Assembly: GCA_951406725.2 (NCBI GenBank) | Contig: OX597821.1 | Span: forward strand, 7,254,001 to 7,318,000 | Reading direction: 5' to 3' | DNA: 64,000 nt | DNA from: Octopus vulgaris | Lineage: Eukaryota | Shown here: positions 53,082-64,000 of the stretch, in pieces | How positions within the stretch are numbered: the first letter of the stretch is position 1 | How the letters are laid out: each line of letters opens with the position of its first letter | The notes under the pieces: model-generated | Seen by the model: only the letters and a program-made list of their open reading frames with translations | What the model was told of the DNA's origin: nothing | Database searches by the model: none | Translations under genes and position numbers: made by a program

Positions 53082-53270
53082 AGGAGGAGAGGAGATTTAG
53101 ATATTGAGAATAGTGTGTGTATGAGAGAGAGAGAGAAAGAGGAGTGCTCTTAGGTACAAATTATCAATTGTTAGTAAGCGTATAATGCATTTTCTATGTT
53201 TATATCTGCCAACGATTTCTTGCAATGGATAATTTAGACTTCAACGAATAAATATAATAAAGATTCAATA

Positions 53271-53318
<48 letters not shown>

Positions 53319-53457
53319 CAAGAAACTATAAACTGATACATCTTTGCATGGATATAAATTGATACCCGTTTGAACTGATTGATTTAGATCTATGTCTGTT
53401 TGTTTAGGTGTTGTCTGTTTATCTCTCTTTCGTTCTTTCTTTCTTTCTCTCTCTCTG

Positions 53458-53493
<36 letters not shown>

Positions 53494-53842
53494 AGGTGTG
53501 TTATTTCATAGTGTGGATAAGGTAAAACATTGAGCTGAACAGTATTGAATACCTTGAATAATAATGTCCAGCTGTCACATCTGTTGTTATATGCCCTTGT
53601 TTTTGTTCATTACGGATAGGTAGAATCATTAGAAATGAGTTTTAACCAAGAACGTAAAGGGCTGGCACAAGACACATCACCTGATTTAAACTAACCCCTG
53701 TCCCTTGAGCTGAGTTCCTTCTAATTTTTTTTTGCTATGGATGCAGAAATTTACTTGTTTGCAAATAATTTTGTCTTTCTTTGCAAAATATTTGTGAATA
53801 TGTGTAGTAGTCATTGCTGAAATTTCTTCAATTAAAATATTC

Positions 53843-54645
53843 AGGCGCAGGAGTGGCTGTGTAGTAAGTAGCTTGCTAACCAACCACATGGTTCCAGGTT
53901 CAGTCCCACTGTGTGGCATCTTGGGCAAGCGTCTTCTGCTATAGCTCCGGGCCGACCAATGCCTTGTGAGTGGATTTGGTAGACGGAAACTGAAAGAAGC
54001 CTGTCATATATATGTATATATATAAGTGTGTGTGTATATGTTTGTGTGTCTGTGTTTGTCCCCCTAGCATTGCTTGACAACCAATGCTGGTGTGTTTACA
54101 TCCCCGTCACTTAGTGGTTCGGCAAAAGAGACCGATAGAATAAGTACTGGGCTTACAAAGAATAAGTACCGGGGTCGATTTGCTCAACTAAAGGCGGTGC
54201 TCCAGCATGGCCACAGTCAACTGACTGAAACAAGTAAAAGAGTAAAAAAGAGAGTAAAGAGTTTTATCTTGAAAATATTCCCACATGTATATTTTCTCCT
54301 TTCCTACATGAATTGTTTGTGCATGCACAACCACAGAGCTTAAAGGGCACACCACTCTTGGGTGCTTTTAGAGGAGTCCTCTCTGTTACAAGCATTTGGA
54401 ACGTGTCTCTGATTTAGGCCACTTTTGTCCAGTGGCTTGCAATCCATTTTTTTTAAAACTTGGAGTGGCTATATAGGTGTAGGAGTGGCTGTGTGGTAAG
54501 TAGCCTGCTTACCAACCACATGGTTCCAAGTTATGTCCCACTGCGTGGCACCTTGGGCAAGTGTCTTCTACTATTAGCCTCAGGTTGACCAAAGCTTTGT
54601 AAGTGGATTTGGTAGATGGAAACTGGAAAAAGCCTGTCGTGTATA

Positions 54646-54702
<57 letters not shown>

Positions 54703-54920
54703 ATGTATATATGTTTATGTGTCTGTGTTTGTCCCCCCAACATTGCCTGACAACTGATGTTGGTGTGTTTATGTCCCCATAACTTAATGGTTCAGCAAAA
54801 GAGACCGATAGAAAAGTTCTAGGCTTACAAAGAATAAGTCCTGTGGTTGATTTACTTGACTAAAGGTGGTGCTCCAGCATGGCCATAGTCACATGACTGA
54901 AGCAAGTAAAAGAGTAAAAG
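53843..54920 (+). mobile_element. Two full family A SINEs (53843-54260; 54475-54920)
   Basis: Match to the family A consensus. Confidence 0.88.
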
Positions 54921-55167
54921 ATCCCTTTCGTTACTGTTTTATTCTGACAGACCTCTCCTGGTCATTTAATATTTAAAAACTAGTTTTATAGGTATTGATG
55001 ATGATGATGATGATGATGACTTCCAAAATCCCTATTTTGTTTTTCACATGTTCACTTCTATAGGTTTGTAATAACACTCCCTGAGAGAACATGTTTCAGT
55101 GGCTGGAAATGTGTTGAACAATGTAAAACGTGAAAGAAAGACACTTAATTATTTCTTGTAATAAGTA

Positions 55168-55356
55168 CGAGGGGTGCTGAAAAGTTCCTGGCTTTAGGGG
55201 TATTGCAAAAGGCCTGGTTAGAGGCCCAGCCTTCCAAGTGCTTTTACAGGGCTTAGAAAAACTGAAGGTATGCAGCAATAAGTGTGTGAATCAGACAAAA
55301 ATATGTTGAATAATTAACTGATCCTCCGGGATTTTCTTTTACCCAAAGCACTCCCG
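55168..55356 (+). mobile_element. Mariner-derived MITE nested in a hAT-like MITE
   Basis: ta-cgaggggtgctgaaaagttcc left TIR, eroded right TIR ..gcactcccg-ta; remnant of the transposase C-terminus (..GLEKLKVCSNKCVN..YVE*). Confidence 0.6.
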
Positions 55357-56848
55357 TACATCTAAAACAAAATTTTTTCAGGGAACTTGAAAATTCTTCT
55401 GTGGCTCCTCAAGTCACTATTTTCTTGCATGGACCCTGCCTAAATCTTAGATGGACCCTGGTTGAGAACTACTGGCCTTGAGGCACTGAAAAGCTTTACA
55501 CTACCTTCCTCCCACCTGATTAGTAAATACACCCCTCCTTAAGCATTGATAAAATAAAGCACCAGTCCAGAACAGCAATTGATATAACTTACTATGCCCT
55601 TCTCTTTAACCTCTGGCTTTGTGCCTCTATTAAAAGCAATTGTAATTATCGAGGGCTGTGGTTGAAACAATTACAATTATTAAAAGTAGTGGGTGCCTCT
55701 GTCAAAAGTAATTATAATTATTTCGGGTGGTGGACTGACAAAGTTGTCATTGCTGAAGAAAAGGCTTTGTGACATTTGCTCTGGCTTTTGATACGTGTTC
55801 AAATTCTGCCAAGTTGAACTTTGCCTTTCTTCCTTTAAGGGGCAATGAAATAAAGTACCTGTAAAGGGGCAATGAAATAAAGTACCAGTCAAGTACTGGG
55901 GCTGATAATATCAACTAACCCGCTCCCATAAAAGTTTCTGTCTTTATGCTTAAATCAGAAACCATTATTTAATTTCTAAGGGTGGCTGATGGCAGAATCT
56001 TTAAAGCATCAGAGAAAATGTCTTGTGTCAATGGTGTGCTTTCTAAGTTCATATCCTGCCAAGGTCGATTTTGCCTTTCGTTCCTCAGGGGTGTGGGGTG
56101 ATGAATAAAGAAGCAGTCAAGAACTGAGATTGACGACATCTACTAACACTGCCCCCTACTAAAAATTGCTGAGTTAGTCTTGCATCTAAATTAGAAATTT
56201 TTATTACAAGGCATACTGTTACACAGCATGCCTCCATGTTACTATTGCAAGGGTGGAAGATGAGCATAATCGGCAGAGCATCAGAAGAACATGTTTTGCA
56301 ACAACTGTTCCTGTTGTTCATGTTCTGATTTCAAATCCTGCGAGGGTCAACTTTGCTTTTCATCTCACCACAGGTCAATAAAATAAAGCAACTGTAAAGT
56401 GCCTGGGGTTGATGGCATCCACCAGCTCCCTCCCTTCAAAATTGCTGGCCTTGTGCCTAAAATGTTGTGCTCTTTAGCATTTAAATTGGCCATATCTAAC
56501 CAAAATATTCAACCTGTTTTAGGTTCAAACTGGCAAAATCCTGCCTATCTCACTTACCCCACAATGTCATTCTAAAAATAGTCACATTATCAAAAACTCA
56601 GAGATGCAAGATAATGCATGATTTAATTCCAAGCAATGTAAATAAATAAATATTACATTTGACAGAATAATCTGAGTGCTAAATGGTTAAATATCCTATT
56701 TCCTTCAATGTTGGTATGTTTTTCATATTTAATATCATTCTGAAAGGTTTCATAAAAGAATTACGATACAGACAAATCCTTCTCTGGTATTCACTGCCTT
56801 TCAATTCAAGTGTCTACTAATTAAAAAAAAAATTCATTAACAATGTTA

Positions 56849-57252
56849 AGGCGCAGGAGTGGCTGTGTGGTAAGTAGCTTGCTTACCAACCACATGGTTC
56901 CGGGTTCAGTCCCACTGCGTGGCACCTTGGGCAAGTGTCTTCTACTATAGCCTCGGGCCGACCAAAGCCTTGTAAGTAGATTTGGTAGATGGAAACTGAA
57001 AGAAGCCTGTCATATATATGTATATATATATATGTGTGTGTCTGTGTTTGTCCCCCTGAACATCGCTTGACAACCGATGCTGGTGTGTTTATGTCCCCGT
57101 CACTTAGCGTTTCGGCAAAAAGAGACCGATAGAATAAGTACTGGGCTTACAAAAAGAATAAGTCCCGGGGTCGAGTTGCTCGACTAAAGGCGTTGCTCCA
57201 GCATGGCCGCAGTCAAATTGATTGAAACACGTAAGAGTAAAAGAGTAAAGAG
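56849..57252 (+). mobile_element. Full-length young family A SINE
   Basis: Complete head to tail; flanking aatgtt duplication. Confidence 0.9.
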
Positions 57253-58259
57253 AATGTTCGTTTAGTACCATAATCATTATAAAGTGTGCAGTGTGTACTC
57301 TTATAAGCTGTCAATGCCGAGTCTTTTGTGTCGGATTTGAATTTTGATTTGTTTGTTTTTTTTTTCCCCCAGATTTTGGTTTCCAAACAATGGCACCATT
57401 TGAACTAAATAAAAATGGCCAGTCATTTATTAGTGTTTATTGTTAATTCTATTGTTAGTAAAATGAGGATTCTTTGAATTTTGTCTGCTGTTTATTTTCC
57501 GAAATTTTAACATTTGCATTTCAACTCTGCCAAATTTCTGTGGTGGGTGGTGGTGATGCACACACACACACACACACACACATATATTTGTGTGTGTGTG
57601 TGTGTGTGAATGTGTTTGTGAGTATGCATGTGTGTATGTATATATATGCACATACACATGCATAAACACACACACACACACACACATGAATATACATATA
57701 AGCTCACACACATACACACAAAGTGCTTCAATGGATCAATGTATTTTTTTTTAACTTTTATTCCTTTATTTTAATCACTGGACTGTGACCATGCTGGGGC
57801 ACCTCTGTGAACATTTTTAGTCAAATTGAGCCCAGTATATATATATTTTAAGTCTGATACCTTTTCTAATTACTCTCTCTCACTCTCTTTCTCTCTTTTT
57901 GCTGGACTTCTGAGTTACAGGGACATAAACAAACCAACACCAGCTGTCAAGTAGTAGGAAGACAAACTCAAAGACACATGTACACCCAAGCATAAATTTC
58001 TTTCATACAGTTTCTGTCTACCAATTCCAGTCATAAAGCACTTATCAGTCCTTGGCTCTTGTAGGCTCTTGTCAAAAATGCCACTCTGTAGGACTGAACC
58101 TGAATGCACAAGGTTTGCAAAACAACAAACTATTTAAACCACACAATTATGCTTAACTTTTAGTTCTGTGCCATTTCTATTTTTCTTATAAAATCCAGTC
58201 ATGATTTACCATATCAATGCATTCTCCTCTCTTACACCATTTCTCCCCAAGAATAAATT

Positions 58260-58459
58260 GTATCATATTGTATCATACTTGGCCGCTAAATCCACAAGCT
58301 TTTTTTATTCTCTCTCTCTGTTTATTTTCTCTTATTCCTTTCTGATGAAGAGCTTAGGCTCGAAGCATAAAAGACTTTCTCACTTTCCTGAGAATCAAAC
58401 TAATACACCTGTTTGTTGTTCATACACCAGTCTTTGTCTTTTGTTTTTCTGTAAATTTC

Positions 58460-58463
<4 letters not shown>
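58260..58463 (+). mobile_element. Penelope-like terminal-repeat remnant with mutated minimal hammerhead (58338-58374)
   Basis: cttt-CTGATGA-a-GAGC-ttag-GCTC-GAAgC-aTA-aaag. Confidence 0.55.
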
Positions 58464-58512
<49 letters not shown>

Positions 58513-58514
58513 TA

Positions 58515-59200
58515 CAGGATTGAGGCAGAGAGGAAGGCCGTTTTTGAAAAATTCACAAAATCATTAATTTTAGCTGCAAACAAATTTTATTGACATCAAT
58601 GTGTTTGTATTGAATTAGTATTTGTCAAAATCAAGTGTGGAAAACAACATCCATCATACGGTGTCCGTTTTCATTGATGCATTTCAACTGTTGCCCAATG
58701 ACCAATTTGTACAGGTGACAATGCAGGTCTTCATACAAAATACACCTTATCAACCGATTACTGATGCCAAGTTCAGCGGAATGCCTCCGAGCAGAGCGAT
58801 TCAGACTCCATATCTAAGATAGTCTGATGCGTTCCACATTTTCTGGGATCCATACTGTTCGTGACACCCCCACTGGTCTCCTATTCATTAGTGTATCTCC
58901 TGTACAAAGTGCATTTACCCAACAAAAGATTGTGTTATGGGTGGGAACAGCCTGATTTTGATGAATGTTGAAGTGGTGCTGAAATTCACACTGAACTGCT
59001 GTGACAGATTTGTTATTTTTCACGTAACTGTTGTAGGCAAACACACGATGCTCTATCGTCCACAGTGCCATAGCTTCACCTGTAAAGCCAAAAAAAATGC
59101 TAAGATACCATGGACCAAATGGTACCTGTCGGACATATGTCCCTCTCGCTGGGGCTGAATAATAGCCATTTCAAAGACGTCTGTCCTCTCTGCCTCACCC

Positions 59201-59202
<2 letters not shown>
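58515..59202 (-). mobile_element. Internally deleted Tc1/mariner-superfamily element (DUF4817-type HTH N-terminus)
   Basis: TIRs cagg(at/g)tgaggcagagagga at both ends, TA on the left; minus ORF MALWTIEHRVFAYNSYVKNNKSVTAVQCEFQHHFNI..VPTHNTIFCWV..RTVWIPENVERIR, then ..LYKLVIGQQL joined to the C-terminus KCINENGHRMMDVVFHT*. Confidence 0.85.
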
Positions 59203-59237
<35 letters not shown>

Positions 59238-59869
59238 GTATATATACATGTGTGTTTCTGTGTGTGTACATGCATATATGTGTATATGTACACTTTTGCA
59301 TATATGTGTGTGTGTGTGTAAATGCATATGTGTATATGTACACTTTTGCATATATGTATGTGTGTGTATGTGTATATATTTACATATATGTATGTATAAT
59401 CTTACCATCATGGAACATTACACTACACATATATATATATATATTGTTGTTGTTTTATCTCTTCCATTTTACAAACAAAGGAAAACCTTGTGCCTAACAA
59501 TAAAATCAATATTTTTATTCAGCTAAAAGCAAAATCCTTTCCCATACAATTCTCTGGCAGTTAGCTCGTTGCACAAGTTGGTGTATTATATATAAATCTA
59601 TAGTGTGTGGGCGAAGAGAGAGAGAGATAGGCAAAGATGTTTAGCAAAGTAGCTTGATAGGTAGAGATATAGATATAGATAGAGGGAAGGAATGAGAGAG
59701 AGAGAGGGTTTGAATAGTGAGGGTTAGAAGTGTATTGGAGACATTTAAGTAATAATTAGCCTTTTGTGTGGTGGCAACAGTAAAGATTCTGTTTGGAAGA
59801 TTGGTTGCACTGTAAGCCTTGTGTGTGGTGGTGACATGAGAAAGGTACTTGTACCAATGACATAAAGAG

Positions 59870-60405
59870 CGCCTGTACCAGTGTCGTATAAAGGGCACCT
59901 GTACCAGTAGCATGTAAAGGGTGCACCAGTGTCGGTGACATGTAAAGGCACCTGTGCCAGTGACATGTAAAGGGTGCACCCATGCCGGTGACATGTAAAG
60001 GGTGCACCCATGCCGGTGACATGTAAAGGGTGCACCCGTGCCGGTGACATGTAGAGGGTGCACCCGTGCCGGCGACATGTAGAGGGTGCACCCGTGCCGG
60101 CGACATGTAGAGGGTGCACCCGCGCCGGCGACATGTAGAGGGGGCACCCGCGCCGGCGACATGTAAAGGCACCTGTGGCATGTGAAAGATGCCAGTGGCA
60201 TGTAAAGGGTGCACCCGTGCTGGTGACATGTTAAAGGTGTGCAGTACACTCTGTTGAGTGGTTGGTGTTAGGAAGGGAATCCAGCCGTAGAAACCAAACA
60301 AAATCAGGCTAGAGCCTGGTGCAGCTGTTTGGCTCATCAGTTCCAGTTAAACCGTCTGACCCATGCCAGCGAGGAAAATGGATACTAAATAATAATGACG
60401 ATGTA
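59870..60405 (+). mobile_element. RTE 3' UTR with ~28-bp palindrome-rich tandem array (59900-60245)
   Basis: Unit (g/a)(t/c)gccgg(t/c)gacatgta(a/g)agggtgcaccc, about 7 regular copies plus degenerate flanking units, followed by the family C terminus. Confidence 0.85.
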
Positions 60406-60427
60406 TGTATATATCTATCTATATTTA

Positions 60428-60591
60428 TAGGCACAGGAGTGGCTGTGTGGTAAGTAGCTTGCTAACCAACCACATGGTTCTGGGTTCAGTCCCACTGCGT
60501 GGCATCTTGGGCAAGTGTCTTCTGCTATAGCCCCGGGCCAACCAATGCCTTGTGAGTGGATTTTGTAGACGGAAACTGAAAGAAGCCTGTC

Positions 60592-60651
<60 letters not shown>

Positions 60652-60855
60652 TTGTGTGTCTGTGTTTGTCCCCCTAGCATTGCTTGACAACCGATGCTGG
60701 TGTGTTTACATCCCCGTCAATTAACGGTTTGGCAAAAGAGACCGATAGAATAAGTACTGGGCTTACAAAGAATAAGTCCCGGGGTCGATTTGCACGACTA
60801 AAGGCGGTGCTCCAGCATGGCCGCAGTCAAATGACTGAAACAAGTAAAAGAGAGA
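60428..60855 (+). mobile_element. Full-length family A SINE
   Basis: Match to the family A consensus. Confidence 0.88.
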
Positions 60856-61704
60856 GAGAGAGTATATATATGTATGACAGTCTTCCACACAGTCTCTTGT
60901 ATGCCGAATTCATTCATAAAGTATTAGTTAGCCTGGGGCTATAGAAGAAAAGACTTGTTCAAGGTGCTGCAAAGTGGGATTGAATCCAAAACCTTGTGGT
61001 TGGCTGCAAAGCAAGCTCTTTAACCACACCCACCCATCATCTCCATCACAAACGTCAATGTTCAGCAACATCTTCATCTCCATAATCTCACGAAACTACT
61101 TCCATTCTGCCCTATGAAATATAAACTCCATTGTAAAGACCCAATATTTAAATAATTCTTAATATGATCCCTCAAAAAAAACGAAACTTGAAAAAAATAT
61201 CCAACAAAAGAAATAGGGCAAAGAAGAAGAAAAAAAAAATGCTTGTTGGATTCTAAGTGTTTGTAGAAGATTTATAATTGTTTATTTATAAAACCCTAAA
61301 ATTAAATTTAGCCAACATATTGGATTGCAATGTTTTCTAATTGTTTTTTTTTATTTTCTTTATTATTTTTCTCTTATTTTATTTGTGTGTATTCCAGTCA
61401 TCTATTATTACTTATTCATAGTTTCATACCTCCCACTGACGTGATTTCAGCCCTGCTTTATAAGAGTTTATTGACATACTTATAAGATTCTAAATTTAAT
61501 ATAAAGTGACATTAAAAGCCATTTCAGAAACCAACCAGCCTTATCTGTTTTTGAAATTTTATCTAATACTCAGTCTTTTTTTTTTCACTTTTTTTCACTT
61601 TTTTTCCAAATTCTAATCAAGAAATAGGTCTTTTATTTTTTTTTATGTTTGTTTATGGTGTTTTTCTTTATTATCATTCTTCTTCTTATTATTTTTATTA
61701 TTGA

Positions 61705-62296
61705 AGGTAGCAGACTGGTAAAAGTGTTAGCATGCTGGGCAAAATACTTAGCGCCTGTTCCAAAGTTCTGATTTCAAATTCTGTCAAGGTCAACTTTGCC
61801 ATTCATCCTTTTAGAGTCAATAAATTAAGTACCAGTTATGCACTGGGGTCGATGTAATTGACTGGTCCCCTCCCCCAATATTTCAGGCCTTGTGCCTACA
61901 GTAGAAAGGATTATTATTATTATTATTATTGAGAGAGCAGTGCATGCCATCATAGTGACACTGGGGTAAAATAAACGAAGCCCAGTACACCCATCATGAC
62001 TACTTGTCACATGCATCATGTCCATGGGGCCCAGTTAGAATTTTCTTCAGGTCGAGTAGCCGATTCTGCTCAAATGCTCCTTGAATAAGGGTTGTTTAAG
62101 GATGCTGAATGAAACATCCATGTTTCCAAAGGTGAATTATTCAAACTCCAAAGACTTCTGCTCAACACATGGCTATGATGCTCCCCCAAAACCTCTGCTC
62201 ATGATCAGAGATGTACATATCGTCTATCACCAAAGGACATTTTCAACTGGTTATGGTCAAACAACTGACAAGCAAGTCTGTGATATTGAGCAGAAT
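61705..62296. mobile_element. Family B SINE (61705-61910, plus) with family E copy (61931-62296, minus) in its (TTA)n tail
   Basis: Matches to families B and E. Confidence 0.75.
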
Positions 62297-62308
62297 AATT
62301 ATTATTAA

Positions 62309-62529
62309 CCCTTTAGTGTTCAGATTACTCTGTTAAATGTAATACATTTTCACTCAAATTGTTTTGAATTAATCCTGGATCATCTTACAGCTTTGAGGTT
62401 TCAATGATGTGATTACTTATTTTTAGAATGGCATTGTAGGTTAGGTGTGAGAGGCTAGATATCGCCAGTTTGAATATAAAACATGTGGAATATATTGGGC
62501 CGGATTTGGCCAGTTTAAACACTAAAGGG
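62309..62529. mobile_element. piggyBac-type MITE
   Basis: TTAA on both sides; perfect 12-bp TIRs ccctttagtgtt and aacactaaaggg; diverged relatives at ~26110-26328, 47093-47518 and 56470-56690. Confidence 0.8.
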
Positions 62530-62733
62530 TTAAGGTGGTGAGCTGGCAGAATCTCACCACCTTAAGTTTGGCTGAATTGGAATTCTGAATGTAAAGACAG
62601 ACAAAATGGTGCTAGGCATTTTGCCTGGTGTGCTTAATAACTATTCCAGTTCACTGCCTTATTATATTGAGATAAGAAGAAGGCAAACTGGCAGAATCAT
62701 TATCATGCTTGACAAAATACTTAGTGGTATTTC

Positions 62734-63238
62734 ATTTCATTTCATTTCATTTGGGTTTGAGTCCATGCTCAGGCCAAGTCGAAGACTCCACCCTCAGAGT
62801 CTGGTGTGGTTGCCAGGTTGTATTCTCTGCTTAAATTTGACATGTGTAGGAGCGAGTTTGAGTCAGTTTGTGCTCGTTGTGTATATCCTGGGAGATGGGG
62901 TTCATCTCTAATGGTGCTTAAGTATCTATCCAGTTGCAATTTGAATGATTCCACACTGCATCCTGATAGATTTCTGACATGTACCGGAATGGAGTTGAAC
63001 AGTTGTGCTCCTCGAACCAACAGACTTGATTTTCGCAGGGTTTTTGCTGCCTGGCCAGCCTTTTTGTTGATTGGTGGCAGCTGGCAGCGTCTTCCGTGGC
63101 GCAGTGAGTGGTAGGTTTTGATACCAAAGTTTGGCACCTTCTGCTCTATCATTTTCCAAATGTATATAATTCGGTATCGCTCAAATCTTCTTTCTATTGA
63201 GTACATCCTCAAGGTTTTGAGTCTTTGCCAATAGTCCA
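62734..63238 (-). mobile_element. 5'-truncated CR1-group LINE with open ORF2 C-terminus, nested in a family B SINE
   Basis: ..DYWQRLKTLRMYSIERRFERYRIIYIWKM..RGAQLFNSIPVHVRNLSGCSVESFKLQLDRYL..; (TGAAA)n tail; 8-bp duplication ggtatttc at 62726-62733 and 63239-63246. Confidence 0.88.
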
Positions 63239-64000
63239 GGTATTTCTTTAGGTTCTTAGTTCAAATTCTACCAAGGTTGACTTCGCCTTTCATCTTTTCG
63301 GTGGGTTGGTAATATAAGTACCTGTTAACCAGTTGAGTTGAAGTGACTTTTTCTCCCATCAAAATGGCTGGCTCTGTACCAAAATTAGAAAGAATTATTA
63401 TTATATTCATCTCTATTTTTTATATGCATCTCAGTGGCAATGCCCCAGCATGGCCATAGCCTCAAGGCTAAAACATATATAAAAGAATATAGAACAATTT
63501 TGTATCTCAGGAGGGTCATTATGCTTTCCAAGATAGAACGAAAAATATTTCGACATAGAAGTTCACCTCAAGAATTTCACAAACCAAAAAGGAAAAGAAA
63601 GTGTCTGTGGTGGTGGTGGTGGGAGGCATTCAGTTAGAAGCCATGACAATGAATAATTTTGAAACTGAATAAAACTTTGTTTTCCATCTTCCTCTGTAAC
63701 AACCAAATCCATTCACTTGAGTTAATGTTTTGACTCAATTACAAGAATTCTCTTTCAGAAGAGAAGTAGGTTACTTCATGGACAGTGTTAATAAATTCAG
63801 CTTTTGTTGTTGAAACTAAAGGAATGTTTAAAATTAAGGCAATAATAATTACAGCAATGCTTTACCAGTAGCTGTGCTAACATAATCAGTTTCTGGTCTT
63901 TCACAGTTGTCTTTTGATTCTGGTGGTGTTGTTTAGCCCCAGGTTACCCTTGACTGAGCAGACCTGTGATCAAAAGGCATTTCACTTATGACTATCCTGT

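Noticed and set aside
51375-53153. Several ORFs of 430-550 aa
   Set aside because: They are translations of a stop-free TA/TG microsatellite.
59641-60337. Overlapping 129-202 aa ORFs with repeated motifs
   Set aside because: They are translations of the 28-bp tandem array in an RTE 3' UTR.
62530-62565. 13-bp perfect hairpin ttaaggtggtgag/ctcaccaccttaa
   Set aside because: It is explained by a local inversion of a family B SINE head.

Overview
Eukaryotic, AT-rich, repeat-saturated non-coding DNA. The repeat families, recognised from memory, look like those of Octopus: tRNA-headed SINEs with CORE-like or Nin/Deu-like bodies, RTE LINE 3' ends with (GAT)n tails, mellifera-type mariner remnants and long (TA)/(TG)/(TCTA) microsatellites. 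The window is probably a large intron or intergenic tract. I could not establish any host protein-coding exon, and all long ORFs in the supplied track come from microsatellites, tandem repeats or transposon fragments. Recognisable parts are dozens of SINEs, RTE and CR1-type LINE fragments, Tc1/mariner, hAT, piggyBac, Helitron and Helentron non-autonomous elements, and several minisatellites. The most interesting signals are (1) a tRNA-headed (Pol III) SINE-like element carrying a minimal type I hammerhead ribozyme with an intact core and a Penelope-style inverted tail (5015-5364), plus three more decayed hammerhead-bearing elements, one capping a ~130-nt rod; (2) a ~550-bp non-coding retroelement that recurs inside (TAA)n tracts, suggesting Dong/R4-type targeting; and (3) a perfect 7x36-bp array in a CpG-retaining zone. 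All coordinates were read by eye and repeat boundaries are approximate.
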